The notes: a model not told the origin generated them from the sequence alone. A stretch of 64,000 bases of DNA from an uncultured Spirochaetota bacterium (GCA_963768055.1 CAVYGN010000001.1:1696001-1760000), one strand, 5' to 3'. Shown: positions 1-8,826, counted from the stretch's first letter. A program made the numbers and translations.

Positions 1-2
1 GG

Positions 3-533
3 AAAGGCGTTTTTGTCACTGTTGCCTATCCTGGTACAGCGGCGATATCACCCGACGGTATAAACTGGACTACAAGTGCTCTACCAGGTGGTTCCTGGCT
101 TTCAGTTACCTATGGGAATGGCTTTTTTGTTGCTGTTGCCTATCCTGGTACAGCGGCGACATCACCCGACGGCACAACATGGACCACAAGAACTCTGCCA
201 GTCACCGCTCAGTGGTCTTCAGTTACATATGGGAACGGTGTTTTTCTCATGGTTGCCGATAGCACAGTGTTAGCGACTTCATCCGACAACGGTATAACTT
301 GGATAGAACGAACATTGGGAGATAGAGGCTGGAAGTCAGTGACTTACGGGAAAGGCGTTTTTGTCGCTGTTGCCTACAATGGTTTAATAGCAACATCACC
401 CGATGGGATAAACTGGATGCCCCGGAATATTCCATCTCATGGCGGTATATGGGGAACTTGGTGGTCAGTGACTTATGGGAATGGTATTTTTGTCGCTGTT
501 GCCTACAATGGTTTAGTAGCAACATCACCTTAA
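3..533 (+). CDS. Partial (5'-truncated) beta-propeller repeat protein with W.SVTYGNG.FVAVA...ATSPDGINW repeats (BNR/Asp-box-like)
   Basis: Frame 3 is open from base 3 to TAA at 531-533. It carries about 5 repeats of roughly 40 aa (KGVFVTVAYPGTAAISPDGINW..., SVTYGNGFFVAVAY..., ending ATSP*). Confidence 0.8.
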   Translation, partial: KGVFVTVAYPGTAAISPDGINWTTSALPGGSWLSVTYGNGFFVAVAYPGTAATSPDGTTWTTRTLPVTAQWSSVTYGNGVFLMVADSTVLATSSDNGITWIERTLGDRGWKSVTYGKGVFVAVAYNGLIATSPDGINWMPRNIPSHGGIWGTWWSVTYGNGIFVAVAYNGLVATSP

Positions 534-1034
534 ATCTAGAAAAATTAAAAGATATCAATCTGCACTATTTATCATGGCGTATTTCATTTGTTACTAGAGT
601 TCTAATAAGACCCTTATTATTGAACCCCTATAAACCCCTTATTTTTTCATTACATCACGCATTAGTAATTCCCAATAATGTCTAATCAAGTTATTAAATA
701 AAGATCTTTGGCTATTACTGGGAAATATGGTCGAAACATGCTGGTAATCTGGATGAATGAAACGTTATCAACTGTCTATGGATAATAAAATTGGTGAATT
801 AACCACAAAGAGAGGCAAAAGCAGGTTCGTGATAATATAGAAGGTGATACATTCCTAACTACCATGCAGTGAAGATTGGAAAAGGTCGGAGTGCCTTTTC
901 AATTTCTTGATTCCAACATTTTTATTCTTATTTAAATGTAATTTTATCTAAAAGTTGTTGTCAGTTTCCATCTTTACATCAACATTCAGATAATATAATC
1001 CCTTTTATTTATATGAAAATTGTTTCCATATTTT

Positions 1035-1841
1035 TTATTTATTGACATCCGGGCCCGGTCCTCCGGATTCCGTTTCATAATGCCCTGACGGCATTATAAT
1101 AATATTAGTACCGTTAATCTTATCATTGAACAGGACCCTGCCTTTCAAAACATCAATTCGAAAGATTCCTTTTATATAGCTTACTCTGAAATCGGTTCCT
1201 AATACTTCAGCTATTCCGGCGTTGTTCCCAATTCTGAAATATTCCCCTGAGACAAGTTTTCTTACTCTGCATTCAAGGCTTCCGGCCTCAAGCTTTATAT
1301 TCGCTGTCATTTTTCCGTTAGACTGGACTGAAACAGCCTCGATCACCGCGTCTTTGCCAAGATAAAGGCAGGTATCATGGTCCAGGTGTATAATCGGGTT
1401 ATTTTCCCCGCTATATATCGAGTTTATCCTTACCGTATTCCGGCCTTTATCCGGTAAAAAGAGACCGGCTCTCAATACAACCGCCATTATTACAATAATG
1501 ACGGAGACCGCTCCGGCCGAGTATGCGGCCCTGTAAAACCCGGGGTTCTGCCTCCATCTCGGGAGGGCTATTTTTTTCCTGGCATATGAAGCAAGAAATA
1601 CCCGCAGAGGCACCCCTTTTTTATAGTCCAGGAGAATTTTTTCCAGGTCTTCGAAAACTTCGCGGGCGACCTTCTCATCCTCAGGGCTGGGCATGCAGAA
1701 GATGTGGACAGCTTTTCTGATCTCTTCGAAATATCTCCTGAAAATCTCATTCTTCGCCGAATGGAATTCGGCGCTTTTCATTGAATAAGACTTTACCATG
1801 CTGACAAGATCCATATCATCGAATGACCTGTAATCAGTCAT
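1035..1841 (-). CDS. ECF sigma region-2-like domain + transmembrane helix + FecR domain fusion protein
   Basis: N-term DDMDLV..AKNEIFRRY..EDEKVAREVF..LRVFLASYARK resembles ECF sigma regions 1.2/2. TM is AGAVSVIIVIMAVVL. C-term IKLEAGSL..FRI..AEVLGTDFRV..IDVLKGRV is FecR-like. Start moved to ATG 1841 (GAGG RBS) because ATG 1874 overlaps the -10 box. Confidence 0.7.
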   Translation of the reverse strand: MTDYRSFDDMDLVSMVKSYSMKSAEFHSAKNEIFRRYFEEIRKAVHIFCMPSPEDEKVAREVFEDLEKILLDYKKGVPLRVFLASYARKKIALPRWRQNPGFYRAAYSAGAVSVIIVIMAVVLRAGLFLPDKGRNTVRINSIYSGENNPIIHLDHDTCLYLGKDAVIEAVSVQSNGKMTANIKLEAGSLECRVRKLVSGEYFRIGNNAGIAEVLGTDFRVSYIKGIFRIDVLKGRVLFNDKINGTNIIIMPSGHYETESGGPGPDVNK

Positions 1842-1872
1842 ACCGGCCTCATCTGAACGGGCATAGGGTTTC

Positions 1873-1905
1873 ATTATAATCTACAAAACGGATGTTGTCA
1901 ACATC
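1873..1905 (-). promoter_or_regulatory. Consensus sigma70 promoter with a 7-1-7 palindrome over the -35
   Basis: Minus strand TTGACA (1901-1896), 17 nt spacer, TATAAT (1878-1873). Palindrome GATGTTG-T-CAACATC at 1891-1905. Confidence 0.7.
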
Positions 1906-1977
1906 TGATTGGTATATTATTGTCATTTTATTGCATTTTGCATACAATTATGAGAAGATTGCCATTTCGAGGAACGA

Positions 1978-3264
1978 TTATCTCTCCAGCCTCGCGCTGA
2001 CCGACTTCGCATGGGCGTCCAGTTCCTCGAACCGCGCCATTGCGGCGATTTCAGGACCATTCTTCATAATATATTCGCGGGAAAGGGATAAAAAACTCGT
2101 CCTTTTGACAAAGTCGTATACGCCCAGGGGGGATGAGAAAACCGCGGTCCCGTTGGTAGGGATCACATGGTTCGGGCCGGCGTAATAATCCCCGGAAACT
2201 ACCGGGGTCCAGCCGCCGATGAATATCGCACCGGCGTTTCGGATATTTGAAATGATTTCGTTTTCGCTCATATTTATTACGACTTCCACATGTTCGGGCG
2301 CTATGCGGTTTATGATATCGAAGCCTTCTTCAAAATTTTTTACAATCACGGCAAAGGCGTTTTCACCGAGCGATTTTTCTATCAAACTTTTTCTCTTCAT
2401 CGACGGCAAAATTCCCGCCAGGGCCTTTTCAGTTTCTTCGATCACTTTTTCCGAATCCGAAATGAGGACCACCGTGTTGTCTCCTGTATGCTCGGCTTGA
2501 GCGCACAGGTCTGCGGCTATCCACTCAGGGTCGGCCGTTTCGTCCGCAAAGACTACTACTTCGCTCGGCCCTGCTATTGAATCGATGCCTACATGGCCCA
2601 TGACAAGGAGCTTGGCGGCAGCTACATAGATATTTCCCGGCCCCATGATCTTCGACACGGCCGGAACGGTTTGGGTTCCATATGCAAAGGCCGCTATAGC
2701 CTGCGCACCCCCTACCTTAAAAATACCGGTAACCCCCAGTTCGGCCGCAAGGGCGACGGCAAGGGGGTTTTTTATGCGTCCGTCTCTTCCCGGAGGCGTT
2801 GAAATATAGATCTCAGGGACGCCGGCAATCCTGGCCGGAATCACGTTCATAAGCACCGTCGAGGGGTAGAAAGCGCTTCCGCCGGGGACATAAAGGCCGG
2901 CCCTATCAAGGGGATTGATCTTCTGGCCGTAAAGGGAACCGTTTTTTCTGTAGGAATATCCCGTTTCCCTCTGCCTTTCATGGTATTCCCGGATATTAGC
3001 GGCGGCATTCATAAAATAGCCGAAAACATCGTTATACTTCTCCCTTGTTTCTTTCTTTGCAAGTTCAACTTCTTCGCCGGTTACGGCTATGGAATACCCT
3101 CTCCTTTCCACCCCGTCGAATTTAACCGCATATTCGACGAGGGCCCTGTCGCCGGATTCCCTGACTTTCTCGATTATCCCGGATGCCGTATCGAAATATT
3201 TCTGCTCGATTTCGTTCATGCTTCTTTTATAATTTTTTAAATCGTTGTAAGAAAGCCTTTTCAT
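1978..3264 (-). CDS. hisD: Histidinol dehydrogenase
   Basis: 428 aa with GLYVPGG, VGGAQAIAAFAYGT, GPGNIYVAAAK, IDSIAGPSE, AQAEH, APEH and GPNHVIPT motifs. Confidence 0.97.
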   Translation of the reverse strand: MKRLSYNDLKNYKRSMNEIEQKYFDTASGIIEKVRESGDRALVEYAVKFDGVERRGYSIAVTGEEVELAKKETREKYNDVFGYFMNAAANIREYHERQRETGYSYRKNGSLYGQKINPLDRAGLYVPGGSAFYPSTVLMNVIPARIAGVPEIYISTPPGRDGRIKNPLAVALAAELGVTGIFKVGGAQAIAAFAYGTQTVPAVSKIMGPGNIYVAAAKLLVMGHVGIDSIAGPSEVVVFADETADPEWIAADLCAQAEHTGDNTVVLISDSEKVIEETEKALAGILPSMKRKSLIEKSLGENAFAVIVKNFEEGFDIINRIAPEHVEVVINMSENEIISNIRNAGAIFIGGWTPVVSGDYYAGPNHVIPTNGTAVFSSPLGVYDFVKRTSFLSLSREYIMKNGPEIAAMARFEELDAHAKSVSARLER

Positions 3265-3297
3265 ATCATTCCCCTGAATACAGCGTCATACCTGTTT

Positions 3298-3326
3298 ATT
3301 TTAAGGCAATATCGGTCATTAGTCAA
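3298..3326 (-). promoter_or_regulatory. Putative sigma70 promoter of hisD
   Basis: Minus strand TTGACT, 17 nt spacer, TAAAAT. Confidence 0.5.
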
Positions 3327-3350
3327 AGCACACTCACAATAGGACACATA

Positions 3351-3389
3351 TTATTGACAACTTACATGCCAATATATATAATTTTTCAT
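3351..3389 (+). promoter_or_regulatory. Perfect sigma70 promoter, copy 1 of a 39-bp direct repeat
   Basis: TTGACA 3354-3359, 17 nt spacer, TATAAT 3377-3382. Near-identical to 6676-6714. Confidence 0.75.
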
Positions 3390-3409
3390 ATTCATAGAGG
3401 GGGATGCAT

Positions 3410-4465
3410 ATGAAAAATCTTCGCATTTCTTTTATCGCTTTTTTTCTGATTATCATTTCAGGCAATGGTTTCTGTGAAGACAAACCCCGGATTGTAGTTT
3501 TCGATATGGATTCAAAATCAAAAGAGATATCCCGCGATGAAGTTTTAACGTTAAGCGATTATATACGGTCATCTTTTATCAATACAGGAGTGTTCGAGGT
3601 TATTTCAAGGGAGCAGCTGAACAAGATAATGGAAGAGTATAAGTTCCAGACCGCCGGGCTGACCGAAGAATCGAATGTCGTCCGCCTGGGAAAAATCCTC
3701 AATGTCAATAACGCGGTTATGGGCACTATAGGCAAATTCGGGGATACTTATATTATAAACATCAAGATGCTTAATATGGAATCGGGAAAATACCTTTCCG
3801 CCGTATCGATCAAGGCTGAAAATAAAAACGAGTGCCTGACAAGCATAGAAGAAAAGGTAAACATGATAGCTCAGAACATGCAGAATAATAACGGCGACAC
3901 CACCGGTCAGGAAAATAACAGTAAAAAACCCTTTGAAGAAAAATTAAAATCGAAGCAAAACAGGCTTTTAACTCTTTGTCCGGACGGTAATTTTGAATCA
4001 GGAAAAATTCTTGTAATCGACGGGTATTCTTCGTATAGATCCGACCTTGAAAGAAAATGGCATCTGAATATGTTCACGTTATCCAGCCGTCATGCCGTGG
4101 ATGGCCATGCGGCTGTTGAAAACGGCGAATGCCATGTAAAATTAAATACAAAAGGTGAAGAAAACTGGTATGCTCAGTTATGTATGCTCCCGATTAAAAT
4201 TGAAAATGGTAAGAATTACCGGGTAACATTCGCCGCCAGGTCGTCATCAGTACACAACATTGGCACCAGTATAAGTAAAGTCGGGAGTAATTGGACTGCG
4301 TACGGCGGTAATAATTATAATATTGGCACTGATATGAAAACTTATTCATATAAATTCAAGATGACATATCCGACCGATGAAAGAGCAAGACTTAACTTCG
4401 ATCTGGCCAATTCCGCCGGGGATATCTGGATTTCCAATGTAAGAGTAGAAGAGGTTTCTGATTAA
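3410..4465 (+). CDS. Exported CsgG/HfaB-like domain + CBM4/9 carbohydrate-binding domain protein
   Basis: Signal peptide. RIVVFD..LSDYIRSSFINTGVFEVISREQLNKIMEE..RLGKILN is CsgG/TolB-N-like. C-term LCPDGNFES..WYAQL..GKNYRVTFAARS..ARLNFDL..DIWISNVRVEE is CBM4/9-like. Confidence 0.75.
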   Translation: MKNLRISFIAFFLIIISGNGFCEDKPRIVVFDMDSKSKEISRDEVLTLSDYIRSSFINTGVFEVISREQLNKIMEEYKFQTAGLTEESNVVRLGKILNVNNAVMGTIGKFGDTYIINIKMLNMESGKYLSAVSIKAENKNECLTSIEEKVNMIAQNMQNNNGDTTGQENNSKKPFEEKLKSKQNRLLTLCPDGNFESGKILVIDGYSSYRSDLERKWHLNMFTLSSRHAVDGHAAVENGECHVKLNTKGEENWYAQLCMLPIKIENGKNYRVTFAARSSSVHNIGTSISKVGSNWTAYGGNNYNIGTDMKTYSYKFKMTYPTDERARLNFDLANSAGDIWISNVRVEEVSD

Positions 4466-4522
4466 TCCTGTTTCTTTAGAAAAAGTTTATGCAGTTAATT
4501 TCACAGTTTCGGGTGGTTGATT

Positions 4523-5101
4523 ATGGCTGTAAAAAGGATACCGGCTGTCGTATTTATCTTATTCTTTTTTTTCTTACCGGGCATGGCTGCCCAGTCGGAA
4601 GCGACGGTTCAAAACTTACCGTTAAATCTCTGTCCAGACGGCGATTTCGAATCGGGGATAATAAGGATTATCGACGTTAGCGAGGGGGCGTTTGCCATCC
4701 CAAAAGGAAAATGGCATTTGAGCAGGCAGCACAGAGGCAGCGGGTGGGCGGTGGTTGAAAACAGGCAAGCTCATATCAAAACGTTTATTAAAGGTGTAGA
4801 GAATTGGGATGTCGAATTATGCATTTACCCGATTGAAATTGAATACGGGAAGAGTTACAGGCTTACATTTAACGCCAGGTCGTCTTCGGAGAAAATTATC
4901 TATGCCGATTTTGTAAAAATCGTTACATGGAACGTATATAGCGGTTATAGTTTTAATATCGATACCGATATGAAAACGTATTCATATGAATTCATGATGA
5001 AAAATCAAACCGATACCCTAACGAGATTAAGTTTCGAACTGTCCAGTTCCACCGATGACGTTTGGATTTCAAATGTAAGAGTAGAAAAGATTTCCGATTA
5101 A
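4523..5101 (+). CDS. Exported stand-alone CBM4/9 domain protein
   Basis: Signal peptide, then NLCPDGDFES..WDVEL..GKSYRLTFNARS..DVWISNVRVE. Paralogous to both flanking genes. Confidence 0.75.
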   Translation: MAVKRIPAVVFILFFFFLPGMAAQSEATVQNLPLNLCPDGDFESGIIRIIDVSEGAFAIPKGKWHLSRQHRGSGWAVVENRQAHIKTFIKGVENWDVELCIYPIEIEYGKSYRLTFNARSSSEKIIYADFVKIVTWNVYSGYSFNIDTDMKTYSYEFMMKNQTDTLTRLSFELSSSTDDVWISNVRVEKISD

Positions 5102-5153
5102 GGCCTTTTTCTAAGTTTTCCGGCAGTAAATTTCTTAATTTCGGGAGGTTGTT

Positions 5154-6653
5154 ATGGCTGTAAAAAGGACACTTGCTTCTCTATTTATTTTATTCGTTTT
5201 TTCCTTGCCGGGCATGACCGCCCAGCTTGAAATGAAATCGGCTACTGTCGCCGGGTTCATTAATAAGGGGAAATCGAACCAGGATAATATTAACATCCTT
5301 ATGACAAAATCCCTTTCAACCTTTCTTTCAAAAATATCGAAAAATATCACTCCGTATAAAGACGTCGAAGAGATAGCGCAGGGGACTAATTTCTGGAGCC
5401 TCAAGGTGCTTGACAGCGACAAGGCGATAAATATAGCGCAGCATTTTTCGATGGAGCAGGTGATTACAGGCGATTATGCCGTCAACGATAAAACCGGCAC
5501 GATAGTAATAAATGTATTTGTTTATAATGTCGTCAACGGGCAATTGCTTTTTCAGAGGAATTACAAAGGCAACGCCGGGCCCGAGATTTTCGATACTATC
5601 GATAAAATGATACTTGACGTATCCGGGCTTTTAGTCGGGAAGCCGATTGAACTGGGATATGTCAATATCACCGTCAGGACGGGTAAAACAAATTATAAAT
5701 TGTTCGTAAACGACGCCTTTGTCAAAGTTATCGGCAGTAATAACGGATATTTCGATAACTTCATATCGGGACAATCTATCGACATAGTATTAAAAAGCGG
5801 GAAAGCCGACAGCGAGGTGCTCAGGAGAAGGCTGGATATTCAAAGCGGCAAAACCAACGAAGTGGAGTACAACCCCGCCGGAGTTCTGATTCTTGAAACC
5901 CTTGAAAGCGGCGTAGAGGTCAGCATTAACGGGACCTTTATCGGCAAGACCGACGAATCGGGTGAATTGAAGGTTCCTGATGTTGAATCCGGTAAGAAGA
6001 ACATAATATCGGTGAAGTACGGAAACGGTACGGCATCCACCACCAATGTAGTTATCAATGAGGCTGAATTGAAAGTGGTTGTATTTAAGAACATGGGTCA
6101 GAATAAACCGTCCGGAACGGTTGATAATAATGAAAATAAAACCTCTTCTCAAATCGTTCTTTCTAATATCTGCCCCGACGGAAATTTCGAATCGAAGGAA
6201 ATAATTACAACCGAGGGTTATCCTTCTTACATTTCCAGTCTTGCAGGCAAATGGCAATTGATCAGGAATGAACCCACCACCGCGGACGGCCAGGCGGCGA
6301 TCGAGAACGGGGAATGCCACGTCAAAATAAATGCTAAAGGCATATATAATTGGAATATTCAGCTATGCATGATGCCGTTTAAATTAGAAAACGGAAATAA
6401 TTACGAGGTTACTTTCGACGCCAGATCGTCATCTCCGAAGAATATTAATGTTAATTTTCAGAAAATCGGGGGCGATTGGCCTATTTACAGCAGGGCTAGT
6501 TTCGATATTGAAACTGAAATGAAAACTTATTCCTTTAAGTTCTATAAGAGAAGACCGACAGATAGTTATACCAGATTGCAATTCAATTTATCAGGCTCCA
6601 CCGGCGACGTCTGGATTTCCAATGTCCGCGTTACGGAAGAGGAGGGGGATTAA
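5154..6653 (+). CDS. Exported TolB-N/CsgG-like + PEGA-like + CBM4/9 protein
   Basis: Signal peptide. TVAGFINKG..QVITGDY..INVFVYNV N-domain. GVEVSINGTFIGKT is PEGA-like. C-term NICPDGNFES..DVWISNVRV is the CBM. Confidence 0.75.
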   Translation: MAVKRTLASLFILFVFSLPGMTAQLEMKSATVAGFINKGKSNQDNINILMTKSLSTFLSKISKNITPYKDVEEIAQGTNFWSLKVLDSDKAINIAQHFSMEQVITGDYAVNDKTGTIVINVFVYNVVNGQLLFQRNYKGNAGPEIFDTIDKMILDVSGLLVGKPIELGYVNITVRTGKTNYKLFVNDAFVKVIGSNNGYFDNFISGQSIDIVLKSGKADSEVLRRRLDIQSGKTNEVEYNPAGVLILETLESGVEVSINGTFIGKTDESGELKVPDVESGKKNIISVKYGNGTASTTNVVINEAELKVVVFKNMGQNKPSGTVDNNENKTSSQIVLSNICPDGNFESKEIITTEGYPSYISSLAGKWQLIRNEPTTADGQAAIENGECHVKINAKGIYNWNIQLCMMPFKLENGNNYEVTFDARSSSPKNINVNFQKIGGDWPIYSRASFDIETEMKTYSFKFYKRRPTDSYTRLQFNLSGSTGDVWISNVRVTEEEGD

Positions 6654-6675
6654 CCCCTTACAGGATAAATCCTTA

Positions 6676-6714
6676 TTATTGACAACCTTGACGCAGATAT
6701 ATATAATTTTTCAT
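6676..6714 (+). promoter_or_regulatory. Perfect sigma70 promoter, copy 2 of the 39-bp direct repeat
   Basis: TTGACA 6679-6684, 17 nt spacer, TATAAT 6702-6707. Confidence 0.75.
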
Positions 6715-6761
6715 TCGATCCGGCCGGACCTGGAAGTTAAAAAATCATATAAAGAGGCTCT

Positions 6762-7271
6762 ATGAAAATTTACTCTTTGCCTGTTTTTTCGGTTCTCATT
6801 TTAACCCTTTTCCTGGGCTGCGGCCAGGACCAGAATAAAAATTTTACCGGCGGAACAATAAAAGCCCCCATGATCGAAGGAAAAGACATAAACGGTAAGG
6901 GGGATATTTCCCTCAAGCAATTTGCTGGCAAAGCGGTCCTTGTAAATTTCTGGGCTACATGGTGTCCTCCCTGCCGTCAGGAGATCCCCGATCTGATAAA
7001 ACTGCAGGATGCTTACAAGGGAAAATTGATTGTGATCGGAATGTCGGTAGATCGGAACGGCCCTGATGAAGTCCGTGAATATTCCCAAAAAAACAAAATC
7101 AATTATCCTGTTATAATGACCGACAACGCTATTATACATAATTATGGCGGAATTGCCGCGATACCTACTACTTTTCTGATAGACGCCGGCGGCAATATTG
7201 CAAAGAAATTCATCGGTTCTTTGTCTTATGACCAGTATGAGGCCGAGATCAAGCCTTTTCTGTCTAAATGA
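6762..7271 (+). CDS. TlpA-family thiol-disulfide oxidoreductase lipoprotein
   Basis: Lipobox LFLGC; VNFWATWCPPCRQEIP; cis-Pro motif AIPTTFLID. Confidence 0.92.
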   Translation: MKIYSLPVFSVLILTLFLGCGQDQNKNFTGGTIKAPMIEGKDINGKGDISLKQFAGKAVLVNFWATWCPPCRQEIPDLIKLQDAYKGKLIVIGMSVDRNGPDEVREYSQKNKINYPVIMTDNAIIHNYGGIAAIPTTFLIDAGGNIAKKFIGSLSYDQYEAEIKPFLSK

Positions 7272-7284
7272 ACCCGGAGGCTAT

Positions 7285-8040
7285 ATGCCTGACAATTCTT
7301 CGCGTTTCTCTAACAGGGCTTTAGATTACGCCTCGGCAAGGCCGGGCTATCCTCCCGTTCTTCTCGATCTCCTGAAAAGTGAAACATCTTTCTCAAAGGG
7401 ATCAATGATAGCCGACATCGGGTCGGGTACGGGGATTTCAGCTCAATTATTTTTAAAGAACGGAAATATTGTTTTCTGCGTGGAACCGAATAAGGATATG
7501 AGGGCCGCCGCCGAATCCACGCTGAAAAATTTCCCCAATTTCAGAAGTTCCGGGGGAAGTGCGGAGAATACCGGCCTTGACGGCGGTTCCATCGATTTAA
7601 TAATAGCGGCCCAGGCTTTTCACTGGTTCGATAGGGATAAGGCGAAAGCCGAATTCAAGAGAATATTGAAACCAGGCGGATTTACAGCCCTGGTCTGGAA
7701 TGAAAGGAAAAGGACCGGCCGCCCATTTTTCAAGGAGTATGAAAACCTTATTTTGAAATACGCCCGCGATTACAAAGGGGTAAGGCATTGGGACATCGAA
7801 GACAGCGTTTTTGATGATTTCTTCGGGGAAGGTTACCATTTCATTTGTCTTAAAAACAGTCAGTTCCTGGACCTGGAAGGCTTAAAAAAAAGGGCCATGT
7901 CTACATCCTACCTGCCCGCTGCAGGGGAAAAGGGAAATCCTGAAATGATCATGGAAATAGAATCATTATTCAGGCGTTACCAGGAGGAAGGACGGGTGTA
8001 CTTCGAATACGATACTAAGGTCTATTTAGGCAGAATTTAG
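7285..8040 (+). CDS. Class I SAM-dependent methyltransferase
   Basis: GGAGG RBS before ATG 7285. Motifs RFS..Y..ARPGYP, ADIGSGTG, VEPN, AAQAFHWF. Confidence 0.9.
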   Translation: MPDNSSRFSNRALDYASARPGYPPVLLDLLKSETSFSKGSMIADIGSGTGISAQLFLKNGNIVFCVEPNKDMRAAAESTLKNFPNFRSSGGSAENTGLDGGSIDLIIAAQAFHWFDRDKAKAEFKRILKPGGFTALVWNERKRTGRPFFKEYENLILKYARDYKGVRHWDIEDSVFDDFFGEGYHFICLKNSQFLDLEGLKKRAMSTSYLPAAGEKGNPEMIMEIESLFRRYQEEGRVYFEYDTKVYLGRI

Positions 8041-8727
8041 ATGGGTATGAGAAAATTCAAAGGGGCCGTTTTCGATTTCAACGGGACCCTCATTGACGAC
8101 TCCGAATTCCATAACAGCGCCTGGAACTCTATTTCGATGGAACTTCGCGGGAGGCCATTTACTGAAGAAGAACTGCGGTTCAAAATTTACGGATTGAATA
8201 ATTCCTCGATTGTAGAATACCTGGCAGGGGGTTTGTCAGGCGATAAAACAATGGCGGATCTGGCGGTAAAAAAAGAGAAAATCTACAGGGATATGTGCCT
8301 GGCAAATCCGGATAAATTCAAGCTTGTCCCTGGAGCGGAGGACTTTCTGGATTACATGAAATTTCATGAAATTCCAAGGGCCATTGCGACCGCCTCAGGT
8401 CTTGACAACGTTGAGTTTTATATCGAACGACTGGATTTATACAGGTGGTTTACATTCGATAAGATCGTATACGACAACTCTTCCTTCCCGGGTAAACCGG
8501 CCCCTGCTTTCTACCTTATAGCGGCTGAAAGGCTCGGATTAGCCCCTGAGGACTGCATTGTTTTTGAAGATTCCGCTGCAGGCCTCAAGTCGGCAAATAA
8601 CGCAGGAATAGGTAAGATCATCGCGTTAAATAATGACAATGGAACCGGCTTTAAAAATTATTCCTTTAGAATAGACATGACTATCAGGGATTTTACGGAG
8701 ATAGATGCCGAAAGTCTGTTTAACTGA
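8041..8727 (+). CDS. HAD family phosphatase (beta-phosphoglucomutase-like)
   Basis: FDFNGTLID, IATAS, GKPAP, IVFEDS motifs. Confidence 0.88.
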   Translation: MGMRKFKGAVFDFNGTLIDDSEFHNSAWNSISMELRGRPFTEEELRFKIYGLNNSSIVEYLAGGLSGDKTMADLAVKKEKIYRDMCLANPDKFKLVPGAEDFLDYMKFHEIPRAIATASGLDNVEFYIERLDLYRWFTFDKIVYDNSSFPGKPAPAFYLIAAERLGLAPEDCIVFEDSAAGLKSANNAGIGKIIALNNDNGTGFKNYSFRIDMTIRDFTEIDAESLFN

Positions 8728-8767
8728 TCGTAACCCCTAATTGCGCAGATCATAAGTTTGGTAATAC

Positions 8768-8796
8768 TTGACAATATCTGGCAATTTTTTTAAGAT
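8768..8796 (+). promoter_or_regulatory. sigma70 promoter for the asd leader
   Basis: TTGACA 8768-8773, 17 nt spacer, TAAGAT 8791-8796. Confidence 0.7.
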
Positions 8797-8826
8797 AAAT
8801 AATAAGTGCTTTTTGGAGATTTTTAA

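Noticed and set aside
1..533. CRISPR-like regularly spaced repeats
   Set aside because: The repeats are in-frame protein repeats with codon-position variation, and there are no cas genes.
655..730. dif/Xer site or integron att site
   Set aside because: Only partial resemblance. There is no proper XerD arm (TTATGTTAAAT), no attC structure and no integrase in the window.
3410..6653. Diversity-generating retroelement targeting the CBM 3' ends
   Set aside because: Differences between paralogs are not adenine-specific and include many synonymous changes. There is no template repeat or reverse transcriptase in the window.
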